Origin: Verrucomicrobiota bacterium
GTDB taxonomy: Bacteria > Verrucomicrobiota > Verrucomicrobiia > Limisphaerales > AAA164-E04
Direction of reading: 5' to 3'
Assembly (NCBI GenBank): GCA_047947115.1
Contig: CP170459.1
Span: 1,280,001-1,344,000, forward strand
Length of the DNA: 64,000 nucleotides
Of the stretch, positions 52,600 to 62,738 are shown one piece after another. The notes below the pieces were generated by a model that was not told the DNA's origin, searched no databases, and saw nothing but the letters and a program-made list of their open reading frames with translations. Every line of letters begins with the position of its first letter. Position 1 is the first letter of the stretch. A program made the position numbers and the translations under genes.

Positions 52600-53172
52600 A
52601 TGATCATGAAACCAAGCAAATTGATTCTGAACGCCACGATCGCTGCATTGTTGGCCGTATGGACCTTCGGGTCTCAAACTGTAACTGCCGGGGAATTAGT
52701 TCCTTACAAAAGCAAAGGTGTCGCGGGACTGATCGATTTTCCCGATCTGCTGACCATCGCATGCAACCCGGCAGCTGTAAAGGAGGCACTGGATGGTCAA
52801 ACCTTTGACGCACTGGATGCCGGTACAGCCACCCATCTGGGTAAGTATGCTTCGACCATAGAATTGAGCGCTACCCCGATATTCGAGAGTGTGGAAGTCT
52901 TTCCGGGATTCTTTTTGGACTGCTTAGTCGCGCTCAGCTTTAATGGACCGACCGTCATCGAGGCTGCCAACGGTGATACCGTAAACTCTTCCCTGATTGT
53001 TACCTTGAATCTGGTGACCAATGAAATCGGGGGAAGTTATACCGTTTTGGGAGGTTCCGGACGATGGGAGGGAGCGACAGGGGAAGGTGAGGTTGTCGGG
53101 CAGCTTAATGAGGACGGTAGCTTTTCCTATGAAACCAACGGGGATATTTCCCGTCCAATTTCCAGGAAATAG
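52600..53172 (+). CDS. Hypothetical exported beta-rich protein
   Basis: RBS GAGG, signal peptide, GGSGRWEGATG motif. Confidence 0.7.
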   Translation: MIMKPSKLILNATIAALLAVWTFGSQTVTAGELVPYKSKGVAGLIDFPDLLTIACNPAAVKEALDGQTFDALDAGTATHLGKYASTIELSATPIFESVEVFPGFFLDCLVALSFNGPTVIEAANGDTVNSSLIVTLNLVTNEIGGSYTVLGGSGRWEGATGEGEVVGQLNEDGSFSYETNGDISRPISRK

Positions 53173-53198
53173 ATCAAAGCACTCATATTGTGATTTTC

Positions 53199-53224
53199 AA
53201 GGCAGCTTTCTGGCTGCCTTTTTT
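53199..53224 (+). terminator. Intrinsic terminator
   Basis: AAGGCAGC-tttctg-GCTGCCTT followed by TTTT. Confidence 0.7.
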
Positions 53225-53279
53225 GTTTCATGCTGAGGGATGATTGACTTTTTTGGCGTCTTCCCTCATTAGAGTGTGC

Positions 53280-56111
53280 ATGCATTTTCATCAAACCAAG
53301 CGTCAGGCTCTGCTTTTTGGAGTCGCGGTCATGTTGATTTGTCGGGGTGTCGGATCCGGATTGTTGGCGGATGCTCCGGCTGTGTTGGGGTATGAACGAC
53401 TTCAGAAAAGTGATTCTTCCACCGCGGTGGAGCGGGGTGAATTGCTGCTTGGCGAATTGAATTGTGTTTCCTGTCACAAGGCCAATGAAGCGGTATCCGA
53501 ACGTGTCTGGACGCGTTCGGCGCCTGATCTCAGCAGTGTTGGAACTCGGCTGACCCCTCATTTTTTGCGGGACTACCTGTCGGACCCTCAATCCAAGAAA
53601 CCGGGTGTCACGATGCCGGATGTATTCCATGCATCCGAAGCTTCCGCCAAGGAGGGTGCCATCGATTTTCTGGTGCATTTTCTTTCCTCTCAAGGTGGCG
53701 GCTTTGCCTCCGCCACAATGGGTGGATCGGCATCCCTGGTCGAGCAGGGGAGGGACGCGTTTCATACCGTCGGATGTGTGGCCTGTCATGGTCCTGAAGA
53801 CCAAGACGCCGATGCCGGGCAGTTTGTGTCCCTGGGGTCGCTTGCAGAAAAGACCACTCTCGACGCCTTGATCGGTTTCTTAAAAAATCCTCATCAAACC
53901 AGACCTTCAGGTCGTATGCCCGATCTCAGGCTGGATGATTCGGAGGCGCGTGCGATTGCTGTGTATCTGCTGCGGGATCAGTTGGATAATCCACAGTCCA
54001 AAGCCGCCGATCCGGGTGAGGAACCTGGTATTGCCTATGAATACTACGAGATCGATGGCATCCAGAACTTGCCCGATTTTTCCACCTTAACCCCCAAATC
54101 GAGTGGGCAATTGGAAACGATTCGATTGGAATCGATTGAAACACGAAACAATGATTATGCCGTTCGCTTTCATGGCCAGTTGAAGATCGCCCAGGCCGGT
54201 GAGTATCGGATCGGGACTGCTTCGGATGACGGATCACGCATCCTGATTGATGGCCAAACGGTCGTGGATAACGACGGGGTTCACGGGCGTCAGATCCGAA
54301 TGGGGACTGTCGAACTGAATGAGGGAATTCATGATTTTGAGGTGCACTTTTTCAATGGTGGAGGTGGTGCGGAACTGCGTGTGTTTTGGGTGCCACCCGG
54401 CGTTCAGGCAAGGCGCGGTCAACCCATCCCGGCCGATGCATTGGTTTCCTACACCGGGCAGCCGATGATCCCTCTTGGAACAGAAGCATTTACCATAGAC
54501 TCACAAAAGGCGCGCATGGGCGCACAGATGTTCACGGCGTTGCGTTGCGTTTCTTGTCACGCCATGAACGATTGGAAACCGATGCGTCCTGCCAAAGACC
54601 TTGCTGCCTTGAATCTGGACAGTCCCCAGGGTTGTTTGGGGGGGAGCATTCGTCGGGGTGTGCCGGATTACCAACTTTCCAGTTCCCAAAAAGAAGACAT
54701 TAAAGCTGCACTGAAATCCTATGGAGGTCAGGTGGCGCCTTTGTCGCCGGATCAGACGGTGAATCGCACACTCGCCGCTTTCAATTGCTATGCCTGTCAT
54801 GATCGTGGTGGCATTGGCGGGCCTTCGGATGAGATTGCCGCTGCACATTTCAATACCACCATCGAGATCGATCTGGGTGAAGAAGGAAAAATTCCGCCCA
54901 CACTCGACAAGGTAGGAGCCAAGTTGCGCCCCGAAGCCATGGCCAGCATTCTGACTTCGGATGATTTGCATGTGCGACATTACATGGCGACGCGGATGCC
55001 GAGTTTTCATGGAGGGGTCGTTGATCGCTTTGTAAAAGCGGTGGGTCAGGCGGATCAGCAATCAGCATTTGCCGAAGGACCTGCTTTCAGCGAAGAAGCT
55101 GCCGGCATCGGACAGAAGTTTCTGGGAGTCACCGGACTTGCCTGTATCACGTGTCATAAGGTGGCGGGTCAGGATGCGTTGGCGATCCAGGGTCTTGATT
55201 TGTCCCTTGTTTACGATCGAGTTCAACCGGGTTGGTTCAAAGCTTTCTTGTTGAATCCGGCATCCTTTAACGAGGGCACGCGCATGCCGCAGTTCTGGCC
55301 GGAAGGTCAGTCGGCGTTTGTGGATATTTTGGACGGGAATGCAGAGAAACAGATCGAGTCCATCTGGTCCTACCTTTCTCTCAAGAATTCCATGCCCCTG
55401 CCCGTCGGCATTGTTCCCAAGGGTGAAATCGCCATGGAGTTGGTGCCAGCGGACAAGCCCATTGTGCATCGCACCTTCATGAAGGATGTTGGACCACGTG
55501 CCATTCTGACAGGTTTCCCCGAGAAATTGAATGTGGCTTATGATTTCAATGTGGTGCGTTTGGCCAAAGTTTGGCGCGGACGTTTCTTTGATCATTCAGG
55601 AGTGCAAAGCGGTCGAACGGATACATTCCTTGGGCCGCTCGGAACCGATGTTCTGGATCTGCCGACCGGACCTGCCTTCTCATTCCTCGAAGCGCCCGAG
55701 TCCACTTGGCCGGAACCGGAACTGACCAGCCGAAATACAGGAGGGAATTTCAAAGGATACACCCTGGACAAGGAAACAAATCGCCCAACGTTCAGATACA
55801 GACTGGAAGCGGTTTCCGTGGAGGAATCTCCCGTCCCGGTCATTCAACCCGGTGGTTCCATTCTCAAACGACAGTTCAAATTGAAAGCGGACAGTGCCTC
55901 GAGTGGGTTGCATTTTCTCGCTGCGGAAGGGGACAACGTGGAGCAACTGACCGACAACCGGTTCAAGGTTGGTGACGATTACGAGGTAGGCCTCAACACT
56001 TCGTTTCCACTTAAACCGATTATCCGGGTGCAGAATGGTAAGACCCAGGTCATTATTCCCGTGCCACTGGACCAAAAAGAAGCATCGATCGAACAGATCA
56101 TTGAATGGTAA
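53280..56111 (+). CDS. Multiheme c-type cytochrome with PA14 domain
   Basis: Five CxxCH motifs (CVSCH, CVACH, CVSCH, CYACH, CITCH); PA14 motif SDDGSRILID...NDGVH. Confidence 0.88.
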   Translation: MHFHQTKRQALLFGVAVMLICRGVGSGLLADAPAVLGYERLQKSDSSTAVERGELLLGELNCVSCHKANEAVSERVWTRSAPDLSSVGTRLTPHFLRDYLSDPQSKKPGVTMPDVFHASEASAKEGAIDFLVHFLSSQGGGFASATMGGSASLVEQGRDAFHTVGCVACHGPEDQDADAGQFVSLGSLAEKTTLDALIGFLKNPHQTRPSGRMPDLRLDDSEARAIAVYLLRDQLDNPQSKAADPGEEPGIAYEYYEIDGIQNLPDFSTLTPKSSGQLETIRLESIETRNNDYAVRFHGQLKIAQAGEYRIGTASDDGSRILIDGQTVVDNDGVHGRQIRMGTVELNEGIHDFEVHFFNGGGGAELRVFWVPPGVQARRGQPIPADALVSYTGQPMIPLGTEAFTIDSQKARMGAQMFTALRCVSCHAMNDWKPMRPAKDLAALNLDSPQGCLGGSIRRGVPDYQLSSSQKEDIKAALKSYGGQVAPLSPDQTVNRTLAAFNCYACHDRGGIGGPSDEIAAAHFNTTIEIDLGEEGKIPPTLDKVGAKLRPEAMASILTSDDLHVRHYMATRMPSFHGGVVDRFVKAVGQADQQSAFAEGPAFSEEAAGIGQKFLGVTGLACITCHKVAGQDALAIQGLDLSLVYDRVQPGWFKAFLLNPASFNEGTRMPQFWPEGQSAFVDILDGNAEKQIESIWSYLSLKNSMPLPVGIVPKGEIAMELVPADKPIVHRTFMKDVGPRAILTGFPEKLNVAYDFNVVRLAKVWRGRFFDHSGVQSGRTDTFLGPLGTDVLDLPTGPAFSFLEAPESTWPEPELTSRNTGGNFKGYTLDKETNRPTFRYRLEAVSVEESPVPVIQPGGSILKRQFKLKADSASSGLHFLAAEGDNVEQLTDNRFKVGDDYEVGLNTSFPLKPIIRVQNGKTQVIIPVPLDQKEASIEQIIEW

Positions 56112-56161
56112 AGGCAAGCATCGTGTTCAATTATCAAATCATTTCAACTCAACAGACTCAC

Positions 56162-57673
56162 ATGGCAACACAACAAAACTCGCAAGGTATCAAACAGGTA
56201 TTCGCAACAGCTCTGACATGCATGCTGGTATGGGGAGCGGTCAACGCAGCCGAGGAATCCGATTACTATGCCATCGACACATTCCCCACGGAAGACCTGC
56301 CGATGGAAGTTGGCGCGATGACCTTGATGTCCGACGGCAACCTGCTGATTGGCACGCGACGAGGTGATGTGTATGTCCTGGAAAATGCCTATGGCAATCC
56401 CGATGAAGCAGTCTTCCGCCCTTGGGCGCGCGGGCTTGCCCAGCCTCTGGGGTTTCTTGAACACAAGGGCTGGATCTACACCGCTCAACGCGGCGAGCTG
56501 ACCCGTATCAAGGACAGCGATGGCGATGGTGAGGCGGATGTGTTTGAAACAGTGTGTGATGCCTGGGACATTTCCGGTAATTACCACGAATACAATTTTG
56601 GTCCGCGCATGGACAAGGAAGGGTTCATGTGGGTGACCTTGAACAAGCCGTTCGGAGGACAGCCTTATGCCGATCCCGACATCAAACAGGCCCATTGGCG
56701 AGGATGGGCTGTGCGGGTGAATCCGGACACTGGTGAGATGTTTCCGATGGCCGCAGGATTAAGATCTCCGGCAGGAGTAGAAGACAGTCCCTGGGGCGAC
56801 ATTTTTTACACCGACAACCAGGGAGAATGGTGCAATGCCTCCAAACTCTCCCATCTTGAGTTTGGAGATTATCATGGTCATCCATGGGGATTACCTACCC
56901 AGAAGTTGGCGGGAGCTCCGTTTGACAAGATGCCTCAGCCCGTTTCCGGAACCTGGATGAAGGATATGCACCAGCAGATTCCTGAGTTCAAAATGCCGGC
57001 TGTCTGGTTTCCCTACGAAAAAATGGGCAAGAGCCCGAGCGGACTGCGCTGGGACCTGACCGAAGGCAAGTTTGGTCCGTTCCAAGGTCAGCTTTTCGTG
57101 GCTGACCAACATCACGCCACCGTCATGCGCGTCTTTCTTGAAAACGTGGACGGTCACTGGCAGGGAGCCTGTCTGCCGTTCCGCGAAGGATTCCAGTGCG
57201 GGATCATTCGCATTTGCTTTGGCAAGGATGCTTCCCTGTTTGTAGGGATGTCCAATGCCGGTTGGGGTGGTCGTGGTAATCGTCCCTGGGGGCTGCAGCG
57301 TTTGCGCTGGACCGGAGAAGTGCCCTTCGAAGTGAAGGAAATGAAAGCCAAACCGGACGGGTTTGAGCTGAGTTTTACCCAACCAGTTGATCCTGCCACT
57401 GCAGGCAAAGCAGACGCCTACAAGATGGAAAGCTATACTTACAAACTCGAGAGTCGTTACGGCGGACCGGAGGATGACAAGAAGCAGGTCGAGATCACTG
57501 GTGTCAAAGTTTCCGACGACGGCATGCGGGTTCGTCTGACCATCTCACCCATCCGCGCCGGTTATGTTCATGAACTCATCATGAACGGGTTGACCAATAA
57601 GGACGGAGTACCTCTGCTGCACGGTGAGGCCTATTACACATTGGTGAACATCCCATCCGATGCTCACCTTTAA
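56162..57673 (+). CDS. Exported beta-propeller protein, partner of the upstream cytochrome
   Basis: Signal peptide; DSDGDGEAD, GNYHEY, GLRSPAG and DNQGEW. Confidence 0.75.
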   Translation: MATQQNSQGIKQVFATALTCMLVWGAVNAAEESDYYAIDTFPTEDLPMEVGAMTLMSDGNLLIGTRRGDVYVLENAYGNPDEAVFRPWARGLAQPLGFLEHKGWIYTAQRGELTRIKDSDGDGEADVFETVCDAWDISGNYHEYNFGPRMDKEGFMWVTLNKPFGGQPYADPDIKQAHWRGWAVRVNPDTGEMFPMAAGLRSPAGVEDSPWGDIFYTDNQGEWCNASKLSHLEFGDYHGHPWGLPTQKLAGAPFDKMPQPVSGTWMKDMHQQIPEFKMPAVWFPYEKMGKSPSGLRWDLTEGKFGPFQGQLFVADQHHATVMRVFLENVDGHWQGACLPFREGFQCGIIRICFGKDASLFVGMSNAGWGGRGNRPWGLQRLRWTGEVPFEVKEMKAKPDGFELSFTQPVDPATAGKADAYKMESYTYKLESRYGGPEDDKKQVEITGVKVSDDGMRVRLTISPIRAGYVHELIMNGLTNKDGVPLLHGEAYYTLVNIPSDAHL

Positions 57674-57932
57674 ATGGTGAAAGGCAGGTAGAAGGAAAAC
57701 CCTCTTCCATGGACCGAGGCAATCTCCAAGCTAAAAGGAGCTGGCGCGGCTTGGGCATAGGCCGTTTTCTCTGATAGCATACTGATTTCCAAAAGTGCTT
57801 ACTTATGAGGGCTCGCTGATGCTTCTTATGCTCACGTCGCTGCGCTAGGCTGGTGTTTTTGATGTTATCACACTTTTGAGAATGGCTTGCTTCATGCTCC
57901 AACGTTGTCCAATGAAAACGATAACCGCTATT

Positions 57933-58058
57933 GTCATTGCAATGGAAACACCACAGTCATTCGATGAACGATAGTCTCCCCGCGTTCCGTTTCTTTTGCT
58001 CAGAAACGTTTTCAAGGGGAAAGTTTGGGGAGAGTCTCGCATGCGGGATCTCCCCTCC
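57933..58058 (+). repeat. ~125-bp dispersed repeat, copy 2
   Basis: Aligns with the reverse complement of 35295-35416. Confidence 0.85.
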
Positions 58059-58189
58059 GTTGTTGTTTATAGAATGAACTGTGATGGTTGCTGCAATGCA
58101 AAACAGGTGAATTCCCTTGCTATTCACAACGGCTTGTGAATAACTTTTTTCAAGTTTAGTAGACATTTTTTCCCAATACCTAGGGTTTT

Positions 58190-59281
58190 ATGCAATTCAT
58201 TGATGTACAACGTCAATATTTGGCTTACAAGAACGCTGTTGACCAGCGCATGCAAGGCGTGTTGGACCATGGTCAATTCATCATGGGGCCTGAAGTGGCT
58301 GAAATTGAGCTGGTTTTATCAGATTACGTCGGAGTAAAGCACTGCATAACCACCGCCAGTGGGACCGATAGTCTTGAAATTGCATTGCGTGCACTTGGGG
58401 TTGGGGCTGGAGACGAGGTCATAACCGTTCCCTTTACCTGGATCAGCACGGCTGAAACAATTGCCCAGGTGGGAGCCACACCTGTATTTGTGGACATTGA
58501 TCCAGTTTCCTATAATTTGGACGTCAGTTTATTGGCAAAGGCCATAACATCAAAGACCAAAGCCATCATGCCCGTCAGCTTGTTTGGGCAGATGCCTGAC
58601 TTTGCTCAAATCAATGCCATCGCAGAAAAACATGGGTTACCTGTCATCGAAGATGCAGCTCAGAGTTTTGGGGCAACTCAGCGTGACAAACGCAGTTGTT
58701 CAGTTTCGACCATTGCCAGCACCAGCTTCTTTCCCGCCAAACCCTTTGGATGTTTTGGGGATGGTGGCGCGTTGTTCACTGACGATGCCGAATTGGCAGA
58801 TAAGATGAAAACCGTTCGCAACCACGGCGGTCTGGTGCGGCACCACCATACAATGGTAGGCATGAACGGTCGTTTCGATACTCTACAAGCCGCGGTGTTG
58901 CTTGGTAAATTTCCGGGATTTGACAACGAAGTTAAATCGCGTAATGCCATCGGTGCCCGTTATTCGGAATTACTGAAGGACGTATGTGTCGTTCCGACTG
59001 TTGACGAAGGCAATACGCATGTTTACGCACAGTATACCATACGAGTAGATGACCGGGATCAGTTGGCTGGCAAACTCAAAGAAGCCGGTATTCCCACAGC
59101 GATTTACTATCCTAAATGCCTCCACGAACAGCCCGTTTTCGAACCACTTGGGTACGAGTGTGGCAGTCTGCCGGAAGCTGAAAAAGCGTCCCGGGAAGTG
59201 ATCAGTCTGCCGATGCATCCTTTTCTAAGTGAAGAAGATCAGGATAAAGTAATAGATTCAGTCAAGCAAGCACTAGCTTAG
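58190..59281 (+). CDS. DegT/DnrJ/EryC1/StrS sugar aminotransferase (WbpE-like)
   Basis: SGTDSL, EDAAQSFGA, SFFPAKPFGCFGDGG and SLPMHP. Confidence 0.92.
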   Translation: MQFIDVQRQYLAYKNAVDQRMQGVLDHGQFIMGPEVAEIELVLSDYVGVKHCITTASGTDSLEIALRALGVGAGDEVITVPFTWISTAETIAQVGATPVFVDIDPVSYNLDVSLLAKAITSKTKAIMPVSLFGQMPDFAQINAIAEKHGLPVIEDAAQSFGATQRDKRSCSVSTIASTSFFPAKPFGCFGDGGALFTDDAELADKMKTVRNHGGLVRHHHTMVGMNGRFDTLQAAVLLGKFPGFDNEVKSRNAIGARYSELLKDVCVVPTVDEGNTHVYAQYTIRVDDRDQLAGKLKEAGIPTAIYYPKCLHEQPVFEPLGYECGSLPEAEKASREVISLPMHPFLSEEDQDKVIDSVKQALA

Positions 59282-59284
59282 AGC

Positions 59285-59327
59285 TTGACATTTTAGTTCA
59301 TTTTGTTCAAAAATTTCTGAACAAAAT
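59285..59327 (+). promoter_or_regulatory. Candidate sigma70 promoter with overlapping palindromic operator
   Basis: TTGACA at 59285, then ATTTTGTTCA-aaaatttc-TGAACAAAAT (59300-59327). Confidence 0.55.
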
Positions 59328-59476
59328 AATTCAAAGAGATTCGCCAGTGCAAAACAAGCCTGCGAATTGACCGGCACGAAGTGCGGATTAAAGACGGAGT
59401 TTCCTAGCATTCGATATCCGCAATATTACAGCTTTCGGATGAGCTAAGAGGGTTGAGTCCACCTGATGCATCCCTT

Positions 59477-59695
59477 AGGTAGAACGTGCCGTCCCCGGCG
59501 CGTGCCTTGTGGCTCCCATGAACTCACTTGCATTACGTTTCGGGAAGTCATGAGTCCCCAAAGTGCAGTGGTTTTAAAAAGCGAAAGGCTTCAAATGACT
59601 AAACAGACCCCTCCTATCGATGTGGAAGATTTTAAAAAATCAGTCATATTTTTCTACCGCATCCCTGGAGTGCTGGCGAGGTATCGCCGCTCTGG
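59477..59695 (+). repeat. REP-like copies (family A at 59477-59517, family C at 59666-59695)
   Basis: aggtagaacgtgccgtccccggcgcgt; tggagtgctggcgaggtatcgccgctctgg. Confidence 0.7.
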
Positions 59696-59820
59696 TTCTG
59701 ATAGGTCAATGTCTTGGTGAGCAATAACTCAATAAGGCTTCTCTTACTTTAAATATTGCTGAGTTTGATAAAATCGGCTGCCTTCACCTGCAGACTTAGA
59801 GAGACACACTCACAAACAAT

Positions 59821-60228
59821 ATGACCTCCATCTCACTCAGCTCTGTTGCGTTCAAACTGGACCAAGAACTACACAGCATATGGGCTGTTTACCTTTTCGG
59901 CTCTCATGCATCTAATCAAGCTATGCCGGAAAGTGATGTAGACATCGCTGTTCTCGGAAAGAGCCCCCATACAGCGACAGATTTGTTCAGTGTGAGTTCA
60001 GACATTGCTATCATGCTGAAGCGGAACGTCGATTTGATCGATTTACGCTCTGTCCCAACTGATCTCCAGGCCCAAGTGGTAACAAAAGGAAAGCGCCACA
60101 TTTTGAGAAATTTTCAAAAAGTGGAGGTCTTCGAAGATCTAGTTTTTTCAAGTTATGCCCGCTTGAATGAAGAGCGAAAGTATATTCTAGCAGACATACA
60201 ACAACGTGGCAGTGTCTATGGCAGATGA
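59821..60228 (+). CDS. mntA: MntA-type minimal nucleotidyltransferase antitoxin
   Basis: YLFGS-X10-DVD motif, VDLIDL; overlaps a downstream HEPN gene. Confidence 0.88.
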   Translation: MTSISLSSVAFKLDQELHSIWAVYLFGSHASNQAMPESDVDIAVLGKSPHTATDLFSVSSDIAIMLKRNVDLIDLRSVPTDLQAQVVTKGKRHILRNFQKVEVFEDLVFSSYARLNEERKYILADIQQRGSVYGR

Positions 60229-60658
60229 TACGTTGCTTAACAAGTGTGCGATCATCGAGCGGTGCCTCCAGCGTATCGAACAAGACTACATAGGCTTTGA
60301 AGATCAAATTGAGTCTGATTTCATGCGTCAAGATGCCATTGTCCTTAATATTCAAAGGGCATGTGAGGCATCCATCGATTTGGCCATGCATGTGGTGCGG
60401 TGCCGAAAACTTGGTTTACCAAGAGAAAGTCGGGGTGCGTTTGAATTACTGAGAACATCAGAACTGATGGACCATTCATTGGCTGAAAAAATGATGAAAA
60501 TGGTCTGATTCAGAAACCTTGCTGTTCACAATTACCAGAGTATCAATCTTGAAATCGTTCATTCGATTATTACCAAGCATCTCGATGACTTCCGCCAGCT
60601 CGTTAAATGGTCTATCCAATCAACTATTCAACAACCTCCAAGTAACTTTGTGACTTAG
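60218..60658 (+). pseudogene. hepT: HepT (DUF86/HEPN) RNase toxin interrupted by in-frame TGA at 60506-60508
   Basis: QDAIVLNIQRACEASIDLA...KMV*FRNLAVHNY; the frame continues to TAG at 60656-60658. Confidence 0.88.
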
Positions 60659-60673
60659 TGCCTTTGTTCGAAA

Positions 60674-61654
60674 ATGAAAAAAGCCCTCATTACAGGAATC
60701 ACAGGTCAAGACGGATCCTACCTTGCGGAACTCTTGCTTGAAAAAGGTTACGAGGTCCACGGAATCCTTCGTAGAACCAGCACGTTCAATCGCCAGCGCA
60801 TTGACCCTATCTATCAGAACGCCGACCTGAATCAGGGTAGATTCCATCTACACTACGGAGATTTGGCGGATTCCCCATCCATTTATAAGCTGATCGAGCA
60901 AATCGCTCCGAACGAAATATACAACCTGGCTGCACAGAGTCATGTCAAAGTCAGCTTCGAGAACCCTGAATACACCGCAGACGTGGTTGCCACGGGGACC
61001 TTAAGACTTCTGGAAGCAAATCGCCAAACTGGAGTCATGGCTCGGTTTTACCAGGCCTCGTCGAGCGAAATGTTCGGTAAAGTCAGAGAAACACCCCAAA
61101 CCGAACTGACACCCTTTCACCCAAGAAGTCCCTATGGCGTCGCCAAGGTGTTTGCACACCAGATCACGGTGAATTACCGAGAATCCTACGACATGCACGC
61201 CAGTTGTGGTATCCTGTTCAATCATGAATCACCCCGTCGAGGTGAAAATTTTGTAACGCGCAAAATAACCCAATCGGTTGCCAAGATTCATAAAGGGCTT
61301 CAAGACAAACTTGTTTTAGGAAACCTGGATGCCAAGCGGGATTGGGGTTATGCCAAAGAATATGTCGAAGCCATGTGGCGCATGTTGCAGCAGGATGAAC
61401 CAGATGATTATGTGATCGCAACGAACGAGACACATTCTGTTCAGGAATTCCTCGAAATAGCTTTCAAACATGTAGGAAAAAACTATCAAGACTACGTGGA
61501 AACATCCTCTGCATACTACCGACCAGCGGAAGTGGATCTCCTGATAGGAGACTACACTAAAGCCAAAACCAAACTAGGCTGGCAGCCAGAAACAACTTTT
61601 GAAGGGTTGGTAAAACTGATGGTCGACTCTGATTTGGAGGCATTAAACGGCTAG
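60674..61654 (+). CDS. gmd: GDP-mannose 4,6-dehydratase
   Basis: [39 protein letters not shown] and RDWG. Confidence 0.96.
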   Translation: MKKALITGITGQDGSYLAELLLEKGYEVHGILRRTSTFNRQRIDPIYQNADLNQGRFHLHYGDLADSPSIYKLIEQIAPNEIYNLAAQSHVKVSFENPEYTADVVATGTLRLLEANRQTGVMARFYQASSSEMFGKVRETPQTELTPFHPRSPYGVAKVFAHQITVNYRESYDMHASCGILFNHESPRRGENFVTRKITQSVAKIHKGLQDKLVLGNLDAKRDWGYAKEYVEAMWRMLQQDEPDDYVIATNETHSVQEFLEIAFKHVGKNYQDYVETSSAYYRPAEVDLLIGDYTKAKTKLGWQPETTFEGLVKLMVDSDLEALNG

Positions 61655-61742
61655 GGTAGCCCGTGACGTCCCTGTCGCGGAGAGAGATTCGGACAAGTAA
61701 TGTATCCGGCCGACTGCGAGATCCCTGATCCGTCATCTTTTA

Positions 61743-62114
61743 TCAACCACCCGTCCCGCAGTTGCGGGTCTAGAGAACACAGAGGACACAGAGAGGAAAG
61801 AGTGGGAGATGAAGGTTTATTTTGCACTGTTCTACCGAACAGCCCAAAATAAACCTTCAGACTGTCAGCCCTGCGGGCAGCAACAGGTAGATCGGATCTT
61901 CTCGCGTTCTTTGGTAGGGATGGGCTGCTGCCCGTCCATGGATGACAGTTGCTTTCATAAACGCTTTAACCAATCAAAGCCGGATAACTTACGATCCCTT
62001 TTAAGTGTACTGCCTTTGAGGTTCCTTTGCCTTTTCATTCGAAAAATCAAAGGAAACTCAGAACTCTGTGCTCCTCAGTGTCCTCTAATGAGGTGCAACC
62101 GAGCGGGTGGTGAA
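61743..62114. repeat. Composite inverted-repeat-bounded element, copy X
   Basis: Ends caaccacccg...agaggacacagag and ctctgtg...gggtggtgaa; internal 50-nt hairpin at 61810-61859. Confidence 0.75.
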
Positions 62115-62124
62115 CATAACAATA

Positions 62125-62643
62125 ATGGCCCTTCTGGAAGAACCAAAACTTACAACCTCCCCATTAACCAAATCCTGCCAGGAGATGGTCTTAGCGGGTG
62201 GTCGGTTGAGTCAACTGCTTGGATTCCCCAAGTCAATAGGGCAAATATACGGTTTACTCATGTTTACGGATAAACCAATGTCTGCTGAGGACATCGGAAC
62301 AACTTTGTCCGTTAGCAAAGCAACCATCAGTAATAGCATTCGGCAGTTATCCAGTTGGGGAATCATTAGGCAAGTATGGATCCAAGGAGATCGCAAAGAT
62401 CACTATGAAGTGATTGAAGATTTTAGGGCTGTGATCAGGGCGGCAATGTCCGAAGTCATCAAGCCAAGAATCAATTCTTCGGGCCAACGGATTGAGCGCA
62501 TTTCATCATTCCTGGAAGAGGAAAATCAGTCTGGAGAAATCACACCAGACCTTTTTCAACTCCGAAAGCGCCGGCTTAAATCCATGACCAAGCACCATCA
62601 AGCCATTGGCAAGATGATACCGATGCTAGAAAAGCTGTTTTGA
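62125..62643 (+). CDS. GbsR/MarR family transcriptional regulator
   Basis: LGFPKSIGQIYGLL, wHTH SVSKATISNSIRQL...WGII and GDRKDHY. Confidence 0.85.
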   Translation: MALLEEPKLTTSPLTKSCQEMVLAGGRLSQLLGFPKSIGQIYGLLMFTDKPMSAEDIGTTLSVSKATISNSIRQLSSWGIIRQVWIQGDRKDHYEVIEDFRAVIRAAMSEVIKPRINSSGQRIERISSFLEEENQSGEITPDLFQLRKRRLKSMTKHHQAIGKMIPMLEKLF

Positions 62644-62738
62644 TCGGAGGTAGATCTTGACGTTTCTGGCGATTAGGTAAAATCCCGCGACTGCGTGGAT
62701 CCCCGGCGCGTAAGGTATTAGATCTGCCACTTTTTTTA

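Noticed and set aside
60506..60508. TGA recoding (selenocysteine or an alternative genetic code) in hepT
   Set aside because: The position is normally Gly rather than Cys, and TGA is clearly a stop in many other genes here (e.g. 2134, 6319, 21159, 27009).
61809..62273. 154-aa ORF across element X
   Set aside because: It runs through palindromic repeats, overlaps gbsR out of frame, and has no counterpart in homologous element Y.
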